From positions 47,432,001-47,496,000 of the forward strand of contig CM052818.1 in assembly GCA_028534125.1 (NCBI GenBank): 64,000 nucleotides of DNA, written 5' to 3'. The notes beneath the pieces were generated by a model. That model made no database searches. It was not told the DNA's origin and saw only the letters and a program-made list of their open reading frames with translations. Positions 26,267-39,021 of this stretch are shown one piece after another. The DNA is from Lama glama (Eukaryota). The translations under genes and the position numbers were made by a program. Position 1 is the stretch's first letter, and the number at the start of each line of letters is the position of its first letter.

Positions 26267-26939
26267 GTAAGGCTGGACTGATTTAAAATTAAATAAAGGA
26301 AATCTCACTCAGTTTGGATTATAAGTTCACTCCTTGAGGCTTCCCCTCTGCTTGAAACACTGCAATTTTAAATAAGAGCCGGAAAGTGGGACTCTGAGGA
26401 CTGAGGGATGATGCAGGGGCAGAAGAACATGTCACGTATCAGAGATGCTGTAATATCCTGGGAGGAGACAAAGGATCTGCTGCATCCACGAGAAGAGAAT
26501 GCACTGCACCCACAAATGTAGACGCAGGTGCTGTCTAAGCTTTGACGAAGCAAGGGTAAGAAATACACGCACATTTAAATATTAGTAGAAGAGAACGTCA
26601 AGAGGATCTCCTAGAAAGTCAAACAACAACGAATACAAAGAAAGACAACAGGGGGAAAAGGTGAGAAAATATTAAGATTAATCTACAAAGTCAAAGATGA
26701 GGGGCTGTACAAAAATTTTGCTTTTGAGTTCAAAGTAGTAGCTTGAAGAAGACCAGCACGTCCATTAAGAAATACTAAAAAACGGTGAGTTTCAAAAAGA
26801 AGTTACTTGAAGGCATCAGAGAACTACTGAAACAAAGAAACTGGGGGAGGGGAAAAGATTACACGGTGATTAAACCCAAAGAGAAAAACTAGTATGTTAA
26901 AGCCACTCTCTTTCAGGGACACCTACTTGCTACTTATTT

Positions 26940-28295
26940 GCTAGGGAAATGCAAATTAAAATCACAGCTTTATACCTTACGCCTGTAACAATACATGGAC
27001 TATTAAAAAAAGACTGATCACATCAAGTGTCGATGAGAATGTGGAACAACTGGAACTTTCACACATTCCTGGGAACATAAAACGGTGTAACAACTCTGGA
27101 AAACAGTTCAGTAGGGCTGGAGTGGGGGTTAAATATTTTGTTTGTTTTGGGGGGATTTTTTTTTAGACAAACATACACTTAACATATGACAGCATCATTC
27201 TACTCCTAAGTATTTATCCAAGACAAGTGAAGGTGAAGGTCAACACAAAGACTTGTATGTGAATATATATATATATAGCAATTTTATTTGTAATAACCCT
27301 AAAATTGGAGGATTTCCACTCTCCCATTTCAAGACTTCCCACAGAGAAACACTAATAAATGACTTGCACTGGTGTAAAGATAGACACGTCGACCAATCGG
27401 GTAGAATTGATGGTCCATAAACAAACCCATACAGATATGGCCAACTGATTTTCAACAAGGGTACCAAATCCATTCAATGGGGGAAAAATAGTCTTTTCAG
27501 CAAGTGATGCTGGAACGCCTGGAATTCCACATGCAAAAAGATGACTCCTTACCTCACGCCACATACAGAAATAACTCAAAAAGCACCACTGACCTAAATA
27601 TGAGAGTAAAACCCATAAAACTCTTAGGAATAAATCTTCATAACTTGGATTTGGCAATGGAGTCTTAGATTTGCTACCAAAAGAGCAAACAGCAAAAGAA
27701 AAACTAGGTAACTGAACTTCCCTGAAGTGAAAAACTTTTGTGCATCAAAGGACATTATTTAAAACAGGGAAAGAATGTCATGGCTATCAAACCACAGAGT
27801 CACAAAAGAAACCTTAAGTGCATATTGTTAAGTGAAAGAAGCCAGTCAGAAAGGGCTCCCTACTGTGTCATTCCAACTATAGGACATTCTGGAAAAAATC
27901 AAAACCAGAGACACTAAGAAGACATTTGTCAGGATCTGGGGGGCTGATGGTGAGGAGGGTAAAGGAGGAGTAGGTGTAGAATGAGACAGTTTTAGTGCAG
28001 TGAAACTATTCTGTATGATGTTGTAATGATGGATATATGATGTTGTGCAATTTGGCAAACCCCTAGAATGCAGAGCACAAAGAGGAACCCGAATGTAAGC
28101 TATGGGCTTTAACTAATACTGAGGTATCAGTATATGTCCATCAAGTGTAAGGAAAGTGTGGTGCCAACACAAAACGTTAGTAATCGGGGAAATACATGCG
28201 AGGGCGTGTGGGGGTGAAGGTACATGAAAACTCTCTGCTCTTCTTGTTCTGTTTTTCTGCAAATCTAAAACTTCTCTAAGAAACAATGCCTATTA
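26940..28295 (+). mobile_element. Fragmented L1MC-like ORF2 pieces and 3' end
   Basis: gggaaatgcaaattaaaatcaca, caactgattttcaacaagggtaccaa and gcagtgaaactattctgtatgat...aatctaaaacttctctaa. Confidence 0.85.
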
Positions 28296-29214
28296 ATGAA
28301 GAAGAACAACTAGCCAGTGAGCTGAGGAACCATCAACATGATAATTATTTATTTTAGGTTTTTTGAACTGACCTTTTGCAGTGCATTCTGGGGACTGGAC
28401 AGATGGGCCCATGTCATCTTCTTTATCTGTTAAGAAGGCATAGTAATTTGAGTTTTGTCTTTATTAAAATATTTGGCATTAGACATAATTATGAGCTATC
28501 TGTGTTTTTCACTGTGCCTGTGTTTCTTCAAAACACACCACTACAATAATTGCTAAGAATGTCAAGATGAGATAAAAGCAATTAAATGCAGAGCCACTCA
28601 AATAAGAATGGTCTTCATCCACTCTGTCTACATTTTTGTCTCTTGAATTCAATCATACCATTGACTCTTATGTAGCGTATGTCTTACTATAAAACTGATT
28701 TTGATCAACTATGTTGTTTTGTTTTGGTTTTGATGTGGTGACTTGATCTCTAGTTCTATCCGCTCTTTCCATTGAAATGATCCAAGCCTCTGCTTCTGAT
28801 TACAGCATGTCACTGCAGCCCAGCAAGTTATTTGGTCAATAAGAGGTTTTTACTTCAATGAAAATTTATATGTTTTTTCCAGTAAAAGTCATTATAATGG
28901 AAAAGTTATGTTGTTCTTGGGTATCCATGTGGATTTGGAGGACAAAATTATGGAATAATAGTTCCTTTTGTGAACTGATTGCTTACAATTGTTTAAACAT
29001 TTTATGGTACAAGAAATGTTCCATATTTTGGCCAAAACTTCTTTAATAAAAGCACCTCTTTCTATAATAAGCTAAATGTTATTGAAGACAAATATCTGCA
29101 GCAAAAGATATTCATGCATCTGGTACATTTCTTGTGTGAGTCACCCAGACAGAAAAGGCAGAGCATATGAAATCTTTGTCTTACAAATCCCCATGATTCT
29201 CTAAAGAAAGCCAC

Positions 29215-29733
29215 GTAAATTCAACCAATATTTATTGAATGCCGACTTAATGCCTGGCCCTACTCTGAGCACTAGAAACTGAACTGACAGTGGGTTCATA
29301 GTTACTGCCCTCACACAGCATACATTCAGTTGAGGGACAATATCCAATTGTCCCTCAGTATCCACAGGGGATGGGCTCCAGGATCCCCCATGGATATCAA
29401 AATCCATGGATACTCAAGTTCCCTTACAGTTAGCTTTCCATATCCTTGGCTGCAAGTCCATGGATCTCGAGGGCTGCTTTTATAGTTATCAGGAAAAAGA
29501 ATCCATGTGTAAGAGGAACCACATGGTACAAACCCTTGTCGTTCAAGGGTCACCTGTTCATATACATAACTACTAATATTAAAAAATATATAAGGACTAC
29601 AATGAGAAGAAAGGACATTCATGGGAAAGAGGAAAATGGAGGGTGAGGTGCTAAGACCTCTCTCAGGAGACAACACTTGAGTAGGGGTCTGAATAACAAG
29701 GGGCTGATGGAGAAAATCTGGAAATAACCTTAT
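29215..29733 (-). mobile_element. L2 3' portion, split by a Tigger MITE and by the provirus (resumes at about 32085-32270)
   Basis: ttcaaccaatatttattgaatgcc...tgccctcacacagcatacattcagt. L2-like sequence continues after 32085 (aaaaggcacagcaacacaaacacctggagg). Confidence 0.7.
29345..29556. mobile_element. TcMar-Tigger MITE (MER2-like left end, Tigger2-like right end)
   Basis: Imperfect TIRs CAATTGTCCCTC and AAGGGTCACCTG. Internal ggatatcaaaatccatggatactcaag and aaacccttgtcgttcaagggtca motifs. Confidence 0.8.
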
Positions 29734-30126
29734 CATATACTAATGTGTTAGCTTCCCACAGTTTCACAGATGCTGGAAGAAAGCACATGACTCCAAGTTC
29801 AAAGTTCGAGGACAGTTTGTTATTTAGAGTTTTCTATATCAAAGAATCTATATTTCTGAAGCTATTTCTTCCAGCCACAATTTTCACAGGGAAGGACAAA
29901 GAAAACCAGATGGTGCCTGAATAAGCAGTAGGCTGCAGAAACTCTGAGCTTAGGCATCCAAATTTTTATAATAGGCAGTAAAAATGCCTGGCCTTACTAT
30001 CTCTATCTTCCAAATATTCACTCTGCAAACATCCTTGAAAAGATACTCAAGAACAAAGTGTAAATGCTTCCTTGCTCACAAGGGGTGTAAAAATGTTAGA
30101 TATCCATGTAAAATTGACTCCTGATA
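29734..30126 (-). mobile_element. 3' LTR, LTR40-like (ERVL class)
   Basis: gttagcttcccacagtttcacagatgctggaagaa and tttttataataggcagtaaaaatgcctg resemble LTR40. Preceded on the minus strand by a PPT-like gagggttggatat (30127-30140). Confidence 0.75.
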
Positions 30127-30229
30127 ATATCCAACCCTCACATCTACATAGTCTTTAATTCTGGCCTGTTTTCCAAGAGTATGCCATTCTATTAGCCACT
30201 CTGACTAATCTTACTGACAGAGTCTGGGA

Positions 30230-30900
30230 CTAAATCCATTCAATTTGTTTCCTGTATCACTTAACTAAAACTGCTAACAATAGGACTCCAGGTAGCAGAA
30301 TAAGGCCAATTTACATCACTGAGCTCAAACATGCCTCATGGTATCACAAATAAAACCAGCAGAACAAATTCTACAAACCATCCAAGTCTACCTTAGAAAA
30401 CTAGGTTCGTATAGAAAGTTCTTAGAAAATGCTCCTTAAGTTTCTGCTCTGCCGAGGCATTAATATAGGTACAGCAGAACATCTTAGTAGTTGCACAAGC
30501 TCTGTCTTGGTCTGCAAGGAAGAAGGCAGTGGAAATTGTATCATTGGTGACAACCTTGGTCAGTGACTCGGGACTGACTTGAAAGCCTTCCAGGGCTGAA
30601 GCAATGTCACTGACCACTTCAACCAAAGTGGAAAATACTTTTTGTGTGATTTTTTCTCATTAAATGACTCCCATCTGAGAATGACTGCCTGCAGGTTACA
30701 CCTAAGTAGTAAGTTATCTCTCCGTGAAGTTCCCCACCTCCAATCATCTTAGCGATACCAATCTACTTTGGTTTTCTTAAACACCTGAAGGTCTCTTTTG
30801 ACCACTCTAAGTCTTCATGCTTCTGTGGGGAGGGCAAGTCAATACCTGGGTCCTACACAAGTGTATCTTGGGGTGTACATGTACCTGGAAAGAAAGTGTT
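30230..30900 (-). pseudogene. Degenerate retroviral env (SU C-terminus and TM) remnant
   Basis: ORF 30393-30626 reads heptad ...SALEGFQVSPESLTKVV, a decayed ISD region, then CATTKMFCC (CX6CC, 30471-30497) and TYIN. Further on, in another frame with stops, is the hydrophobic anchor IGLILLPGVLLLAVLVK. Confidence 0.85.
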
Positions 30901-31757
30901 ATTTAAAATTGTTAGGAACCCCAACACTTCCATAAGTCAGAAGGCTTAGGATGAATCCAAAATGAACACCGCCCCCCGCCCCGCCCCAGCTCAAAGGCAT
31001 TAGACTGTCCAGTTCAGTTTAAAGAATTGTGTCTGGTGCTTGTTTGGGGAGTAGCTGAATGAGAGAAGTATGCTGTCTAGCCTGTCCCGCTTGCCCACCT
31101 CACCAGAGGGTGATGCATGTTTGCTCCTGGTGACTGAGCGGTGGCGAGGGGAATGGGGGTGGAGAAGATACACAAACAGGGGTGTTGGCAGGCGCTTTGC
31201 ACAGGAGGTGCAGGATCTGGGCTGCCCTTTTTTGTCTCCGATAGATTTCTCACTAGAGTTACGGGAATGGCAGTCCAGCAGTAACCAGAGCTGCCGAGTC
31301 GAAGGTTGCAGACCTAGCCGTCACCTAAATCCGAGGCACTGGCAGCAGTTTAGGGACGCTGTCTCCAGTTGTTTGCCTTGTGGGAAAGGCCCCAAGGACA
31401 GCTGTGAAAGACACAGGCCAGCGATGTCCTTCTTTCCCTATTCCTTTTGGAGGCTGGGGTCCTCCCATCTCAGGTGCTGCGGTGTTCTCACTCCATCGCA
31501 CAGAATCTGCCTGTCCCATTCCAGTCGCTAAACCGTCCCAGTCAGTGTCAGCACAGAACAGACCCTTATCGTAGGGTCTACCTGATGAACGAAATTGCCC
31601 ACACATGGAGAGCTGCCACATTTATGTCTCCTGCTGGGGCTGGTCAGCTGTGCTCTTCAGTACACCCTTTCCATTTGACAAACAAAGCTGTTTAGTTACT
31701 ATCCTTCCTCCTCCAGACAGTTATATATCCGTCAACATACTATCTTGAAACTGACAC

Positions 31758-32084
31758 TGTTAAGGTCTGTGAAGGATTTGAGATATTTTTTGCAGATTCA
31801 CATGTTAGGCAGCCAGGTGCCCAAGCCTTGAATCCCATAAGATGATTCAAAGAAGAGTAGAGGACACTTACAAATGGTGTGTCCTTAATTATACAAGAGT
31901 GAGTCCGAGATTAGGGAACCCATGTATTTTATAACGGGCAGCGAGCATGCCTGCCCCTTCCTCCAGAGGGAGACAATGCCTCTACATTCCAGGGTCATTT
32001 GCTTCACAAACACACAAGGCAGTCAGTTCTCCCCTCATAAAATGTGCATAACACATGAGACTCGTACAGAACTGTCTCCCATGA
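31758..32084 (-). mobile_element. 5' LTR, LTR40-like, with an internal deletion
   Basis: Shares ttagggaaccc...ttttataacgggcagcgagcatgcctg with the 29734-30126 LTR and ends cttcacagaccttaaca on the minus strand. Confidence 0.75.
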
Positions 32085-34701
32085 AACCTTATGTCAAAAG
32101 GCACAGCAACACAAACACCTGGAGGCTAAAAGATGGGAGAAGTTGGCATCCTGCAAGAATGCAAAGAAGCCAATCTCTCTAGAACCAAAGGACAAGTGGT
32201 AAGAAATGAAGCAGGGGCCACATCACAGACTGTCTTCTAAGGCTTTGTAGCGAGTCATAAGGAAAAACAGAAATTTAACCTTCTGCCTTTCACTTTGTAT
32301 GTAAGGTGGAGGGACCTAATACAAAATTCTGTTAGTTTATCTGTGGTCAAATTTAATTTTTCCCTATTCTACACGAACCAAAATGGGGATATTCTTCTGT
32401 TATGCAGCAGAAAAGTTGGTAGGAAAAGAATTGCAATCAAGATGGACATTTCAGGGCTTGGTTCAACGACACACTAATATAGTGATCTGTCTTTTCACTT
32501 CAGATTAATCAGATATAGAATTTCAATACCTCGAAGAAAGAGAGTAGGAGAGAGACTCTATACCTTGTAACAAGGATCATAAATGTTAGTTGTGATAAAG
32601 AAAACTCCTTACTTAATTATAGGGCAATTTAAACAAAATAGTAATCATTTCTGTTGGTGCTTTTAAACATAATAGTAATCATGGAACACTTCTGGGGCAA
32701 TAATCAATGATGCATTACATGATCATTAAATCCATTTCATCTGTAGTTTTCAATCTCCTCCTTGTAATCTGACTTTCTTCTTAGAATTTTTTAAATGCAC
32801 AGACAAATTTGAGATTGGAGGCACAAGCTCCTGTACGTACGAATTTTTCCAGATAGAAAAGTTAGTCTGATTTCAACGTGACTGCATGCTTAAGCTGCCA
32901 GTGGGGGCCCAGCCCTAGCTAAGATTGAGAAGGGCAACCAACCTTTAGAGCAGAAGTGAGGACTATTTTTGTACTGCAAAAGCCTTGGTTTAATGTTTAT
33001 TTGTAAGATTTTGGCAGCTATTTTGGGATGTTTCTGAGTTGCAATAAGAAACATTATGTCCATGAATTTGGAAAAAGAGGGAAAAATTAAAAATAAAAAT
33101 GATTTTAGCGTACAGATTTTTTTTTAATTTAAATTCATTATCAAACAGATTTTGATATTCTTGTGTGGGTTTTGTGTAGGGCGATGTGTCTCTTCTAGCT
33201 AGCTGTTTCAGGAAGATGCTTGAGGGGGAAAATAAAGATCTTTTATAAAGATTCTATGTTCTGGCTTTCCAAAGTACATTTTTAAACTTGTAAGAAAGTT
33301 TGTGACTACAGAGATGATGGTTCTACACTGACTGAAGGGAAGTCAGCCCCGGGCCAGTGGGACTCCTGGGCTGGCGGGGCCTGGAGGAGAAGAGCAAAGA
33401 GTTAGCGCCGCTTCGGATCTGAATTCGGATGAGCCACTGGCCTGCGGCTTTGAGCAAGTCACTTGGAATTGCGAAGGCTGGTTAGGCTTTTGGTGGATAA
33501 TTCTGGGACAGTTCATGAACTGGCATTAAAAAACCAGTGTTGCCACGTTCCAAGAAGCAATGACATGACTAATTAGAACACACTTAGAATTTACCCCTAT
33601 TAAAATCATCATTACTGATAGTGTTTATAATAACATCAGCTGTAACTTACTTGCAACCTACCATTTAGCTTGCAAACAGGTAAGCTTGTAAATTTATATC
33701 TACTCCACACAGTAACATCTGTGGATGGACAACCATTGCCACTTTTTCAGATGAAGAAAGACTGAGAAATGCCACTTCCAAGTGAAAGAGACACAATTCA
33801 AAACCAGTCTGTCTATATCCCAAATCCATGCTTATTTTATTGCATTTTGCTGTGTGTCTTTACTGAGTCTTTGTCTTGACCCTAAATTCTAGAAGGATAA
33901 AAGAGATAAATAGAAGGAAAGAAGTAGAGTAAGTTCTGCCATGATTCCTTTAGAATCCACTGATACTCGTATTTATGAACTTAAAGCATTTACTGTAAGA
34001 TACCCATTTGATAGCATCAATTTGTGAGATGTTGTAAGAAAGAAAAAGGAAGCAGGAAAGGAGGATTTTTAATGCAAATTTACTAACTTGGAACTTGCAC
34101 ACGTATTTGCATTGTTTGTATTGACTGGTTAATTTGAAGGTATATGGCCCCTGGTGCATCCTTACCAGTGTACTTAATTAAAATATCAGATTGCTCTATG
34201 CTAAATATACATTTTTTTTCAGCACTTTCAGGAAAAAGTTTCATAAGGATTTACGTCCCCTGACGCATACCCATCTTGAGTCCCTAGTGACTTTGAAAAG
34301 TTAGGGATAAAATACTGTGTCCATTCACCTCAAAACTACTGAGTGCTTCCTATGCTATGAGTAATGATAAAAAAAAATGTGCAATAACAAGGTCAAAGTC
34401 AACAACATACCTGCCAACCATCTCAGAACACAGGAGAAAATGACAGGTATGTAAACAAATTGTTTGCAATGTAATATAAGAATTTTTAAATGTTATGCAA
34501 AGAGAAGTATGTGACTAAGACGAGGTACTTTACAGCCCACAAAGTGTTCAGCCTTCTCCCTTATTTGGAACTCAACAATAACCCTTCGAGATAGGCTGAT
34601 CGCCGTAGCTCAGTTCAGCCCATTTGTAACAGTGTGGCTGAGGGCAGAGGCGTTGACAGCTGAAGAGTCCTTTTGGGCAGATTCACAAAGCTAGAAAGTA
34701 G

Positions 34702-35324
34702 CCTGGTTGGCAGAATCCTAAGGTGACTGCCCTGTCTTCCCACCTCCCTGGTACACAAGCCCTGCATAATCCCCAGTCCTGTGATGTGCTGGAGTGTCCC
34801 TCTCATGATCAGGTGATGTTATCTGGCACAGTTTACCATCTGAGACAGAGAGATGATCTGGGGCAGGAGGATGACCGAATCACTGAAGTCCTTTAAAAGC
34901 AGAGCGTTTTCTCTGGCGTCTTCCAGAGAAAGAACTCAGAGACTTAAAGCACAATAAAGTTTTGCTGTCCCCTTGCTGAATTGAAGATGGAAGGGGACAT
35001 GCTGCAAGGGATTCTGGTAACTTCTAAGAATTAAGAAATGTCTCCAGTAGACAGGCAACAAGATAGCAGGGGCCTTAATCCTATATTGCTCAGAAACTGT
35101 GTTTTTCCAATCAAAATGAACTTGGAAGTGGATTTCCCCGCAGAGTCTGCAGACAAGAACTTCCGGCTGTCACTGTGATTTCAGTCTCGTAGTAGCCTGA
35201 GCGGAACATGCAGCTACAGCACGCAGGACTTCAGGACTGCAGAACTGTGAGCCAAAGTAGTGGACTTGATTTTAAGCCACCACCTTTGTGGCAATTTGTT
35301 ACACAGGAAAAGAAAACTAATACA
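34702..35324 (+). mobile_element. MLT1E-like MaLR solo LTR
   Basis: Starts tggttggcagaatcctaaggtg and ends ttaagccaccacctttgtggcaatttgttacacaggaaaagaaaactaataca. Confidence 0.9.
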
Positions 35325-36189
35325 ATCGACCTATGTCTTTGAACTTAAAAAAGTGCTAGGTTAGCCTTTGTTGAGCGTCTGCAGAGGGCCGGGCATCAGC
35401 CTGGACACCTTCCTTATTATGCCATTTTTACACTGGATTCTGAGCAGGGCTGTGTCAGCATTACCGTCTCCATCCTACAAACGAGGGAACAGAGACTCAG
35501 ATGTAAGAGACTTTCCCAGCCTCTCACTTACAGCAAGGGATGGATTGGAGTTTAAAACAGTCTGCCCTGATCTTGGTCTTCTGTCTGTTCATATTCCACT
35601 TTGTCTTCTCAAATTCCACAGTGTTATCTCCATCACACCATGATGAATATCTGGTCCATAACAATAGACTCTTCCGTGTCTGGAAAATATAAATATGAAA
35701 ACCCAGACAAATCTGCAAGAAAGATTCGGCTAAAATAAGTGCCAGGTTTGAAAATAAGAATACCTTTTGTATATACCTATTCTTTTCTTTCTTTCCATTA
35801 TTCTTTCTATTTAATTGACTTCTTAACCAATGTTAAAATATGTAGCGGGTGTTATAATTAGGACCATTTCACAGATGAGAAAACTAAGGTTCAAGAAAAT
35901 GATACTTCATCCTTCTACCTCACTTTGTTAGTTTCCTTACTCAGGTGAAGGGGTATGTGTATCAGTGACATATATATATGATTTTTTTTTCCAGTGGGCT
36001 TTGTATTACTTTCACAATGGTGAGATCCCCAGTGAAGCACTGGTAAACCTTGGAGAGCCACAAAGGAAATAAGAGTGATGTCCCACATTATCGTCAGCAG
36101 TTAAATGCTTCACATCATCAGGAGAGCCTTTTATAATGCCTCATCTCGAAAAATTGACATGGGAAGCCATTTAAACGAAGCACATCAAT

Positions 36190-36381
36190 TAGAGTTGGTG
36201 GATTTAGCAAATGAAAATACAGGACACCTGATTAAATTTGAATTTTAGATATTTTGAATATATTTTTAAAATGTAAAGTATGTCTCGTATCATGTTTTGG
36301 ACAAACTTATACTAAGATTCATTCTTTATTTATCCGAAATTCAGATTGAACTAGGTATCTGCACTTTATTTTGTGACCTTA
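36190..36381. mobile_element. MER53-like palindromic hAT MITE
   Basis: gatttagcaaatgaaaatacaggacacctgattaaatttgaat...aagtatgtctc...ggacaaacttatact...aaattcagattgaact. Imperfect 8-bp TSD acatcaat / acatcagc. Confidence 0.85.
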
Positions 36382-36549
36382 ACATCAGCGTTATAAGCTA
36401 GCCCCATGCTGTGTGCTAGAAATGCTAGGTAGAAGGTGCATTTCCTCCCTTAGAAAATGCACAACCCAGCAGGGAAGAGACATGTTAACAGCCACACTAG
36501 GGCACAAAACTACAATGACAGAAGTACATAGTAACAATGAGTTTGGCTT

Positions 36550-36750
36550 ATTATGAGCTGGCCTTGTGCCAGGCACGGAGACAAGAGTTTTGCGTGTATT
36601 AACTCAGTTTAAGGCCCACGGCACCCTAGAAACAACTATTGTTATGATCTCTACTTTGTAAGTGAGGAGGCTGAGACCAGGAAAGGGTAAGTAAGTTGCT
36701 AGGACCACCTGACTAGTACAGAGGCCGGGCTGGGGCCACGCCCAGGTCTG
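36550..36750 (-). mobile_element. MIR SINE
   Basis: gtgccaggcac...gaggaggctgagacc...gggtaagtaagttgctaggaccac. Confidence 0.75.
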
Positions 36751-38637
36751 GCAGGTCACGGTGCGACGCTCACTGCTGTCCCCGCAGCCCCTGCAGAAGG
36801 ACGGCTGGCCGAGCTAGCTGGACGCAGGCGCCACAGAGACACAGCGGGGACACTGTATCTTGACAAATGGGTCCTGAAAGATAGATAATTCCTCACCACA
36901 TGGATAAGGGACAAGTACCTGCGTTTAGGAAGAGACAAAACAACAGACAGAAAACATAGTGAAAACAAATGCGTGAAGCAGTGAACTGTGTGGTGCGTGT
37001 GGGAAAGGGGGACGAGGCATTCAGAGGAGGATGTCTACAGAGAAAACCAGCGAATAAAGCTCCAGGTTTAGAAGAGGCTCATGACCACGCCCAAGAGTTA
37101 GAGCTCAACCCTGCAGACCCTGGAGAGGGGGAGGGGGTCACCGTAACTGACCTTTTACTGTGTAAAACGACCTTGAAAGTCAGAGAGGAGGACGGGGTGG
37201 AGAACGGAGCTCCGGGGTGAAGACTCCGTAAGAGCCAGCTACGTGATCAAGGATGTCCAGCCCGTGGGAGTGAATGCGGAGAGGGACAGATGAGTGGAAG
37301 GAACGGAAGCTTATTTAGGATGGAGCATAACGGGGCGTGGTTTCTCAAGACACGACTGAGAAGAGGTGAAGACGTCTCTGCAGATAGATTCTCACTGGCT
37401 CTACTGGGAGTGAGACAGCAGACTCGACCCAGCTCAGACACGCCTGGCCCGCCCCCACTCTCCCTGCAGTACATTGCGCGTGACCCTTAATGCACCGTAG
37501 GCTTTGAGAAGGCAGTTTTGACACTTCTGTGTAACTTCATGAAACATCCCCATTGACCTTTTAATTGTCAAGGAAGCGTAAAGACGAGGGAAACTGACTA
37601 AAATGGGGGCGTGGATGACTGAATCCTGATTCTGGAGAAAGCAGGCTTTTTGTTTGTAATAACTACAAGCCAAAGTATGACAACTCATGTTGTCACTGTA
37701 ATAAATTACAAATTGGTGAAATAAAATAAAACACTATGGACAGAATCCAAAGGAACATGGCTCAAATTAAAATACCAGCGAAGCATTCCCTGTGTGCCTC
37801 ATTCGTCATTAATTTTGGCTAGGGGTCAGCCAGTCTAAGCCCCTCTACCCAGTCCCATCCCATCAAGGACAGGGAATGTCACAGGAAAGCACCAGGAACT
37901 GAACTGAACTGAGCTGAGGTCTTCCCTTAACATTTGCAGTTACTTCTTCCCCAAACTCTGCAGACAAATCCAGGCTGCAAACAAGTTGAGTGCTTTTTAG
38001 TACCTTCTGCACGGAGCTAAAAATCTATGGCTGGTGCCCACTCTTCAGTCTCAGAAAAGTCCTGGCTACAAGATGTTGCTTTTGCACAATGTTCTTCTTT
38101 TCTTTCCTTTTTTTTTTTCCCATGGAGTGAAGGGATTTAAAATAATTTATTCTTAATATTACACCTGCCTAGTATCTGAGAGTGAAGTTAAGTCTGACTG
38201 CAGGACTCCAAATAAACTGCTGAGGCCGTCAGAGGCTGGCTGGCGGGTATTTGGGATGACATTGCCTCCCGTGTATTTCACTTCACGTCCCCAACCCTGA
38301 ATGCGGTTGAATTCCCATGTTCACTTCGGGGGCGGCCCCGACCTGTAAGTGTTAATAGGAGACGCACTGGAGTAACAATGACAGCGGTAGTGACGTGCAT
38401 CACTGTCAGATCGCAGCTGCAAGGTGTATGTTTGTCAGCACCAAGCGCATCGGCCCGAGATCCAGGGGAGTTGGCTTGCAGCGCAGGCTCCGCGATCGGA
38501 GCACGTGTGTTCTGTTTCTAATGATCTTCCGCGTAAATGGAATCCCTTCACTTACTGAGAGCTGGCCTCGCCTCTCACTTACCCTCCTGGAACAAAGACT
38601 TGGAAGAAGATATGTAAAAACAAAAAATGGGGGATTC

Positions 38638-38983
38638 CAGAAAGAAAAAGAAAAATACCATATAGCACTTATATGTGGAATTAAAAAAAAAAAGACGAAC
38701 TTATTTACAAAACAGAAACAGACTCACAGACAGAGAAAACAAACTTTATGATTACCAGGTGGGGGAAAGAGGTGGGAAGGGACAAACTGGGAGTTCGAGA
38801 TCTGCAGATACTAACTAATGTATATAAAACAGATAGACAAGTTCATACTGTATAGCACAGGGAACTATATTCAGTATCTTGCAGTAACTTACGGCAAAAA
38901 ATAATATATGTATGTTCGCATATGACTGAAGCATTATGCTGTACACCAGAAATTGACACAACATTGCAAACTGACTACACTTC

Positions 38984-39020
<37 letters not shown>
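38638..39020 (+). mobile_element. Young 5'-truncated camelid-type L1 3' end with TSD and (AC)n tail
   Basis: tatagcacagggaactatattcagtatcttg...tgtacaccagaaattgacacaacattg. TSD AATGGGGGATTC at 38626-38637 and 39021-39032. (AC)15 at 38987-39017. Confidence 0.9.

Positions 39021-39021
<1 letters not shown>

Noticed and set aside
7490..29145. Scattered AP-1 heptamers (TGAGTCA/TGACTCA)
   Set aside because: About eight are expected by chance in 64 kb, so there is no clear enrichment outside the 14.6-kb cluster.
30393..30626. env remnant as a domesticated syncytin-like gene
   Set aside because: Only 77 codons are open, the ISD motif is decayed, and flanking env regions carry in-frame stops and frameshifts.
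38432..38455. RE1/REST-like sequence gtcagcaccaagcgcatcggc
   Set aside because: Only the left half-site matches, and the GGACAG core is absent.
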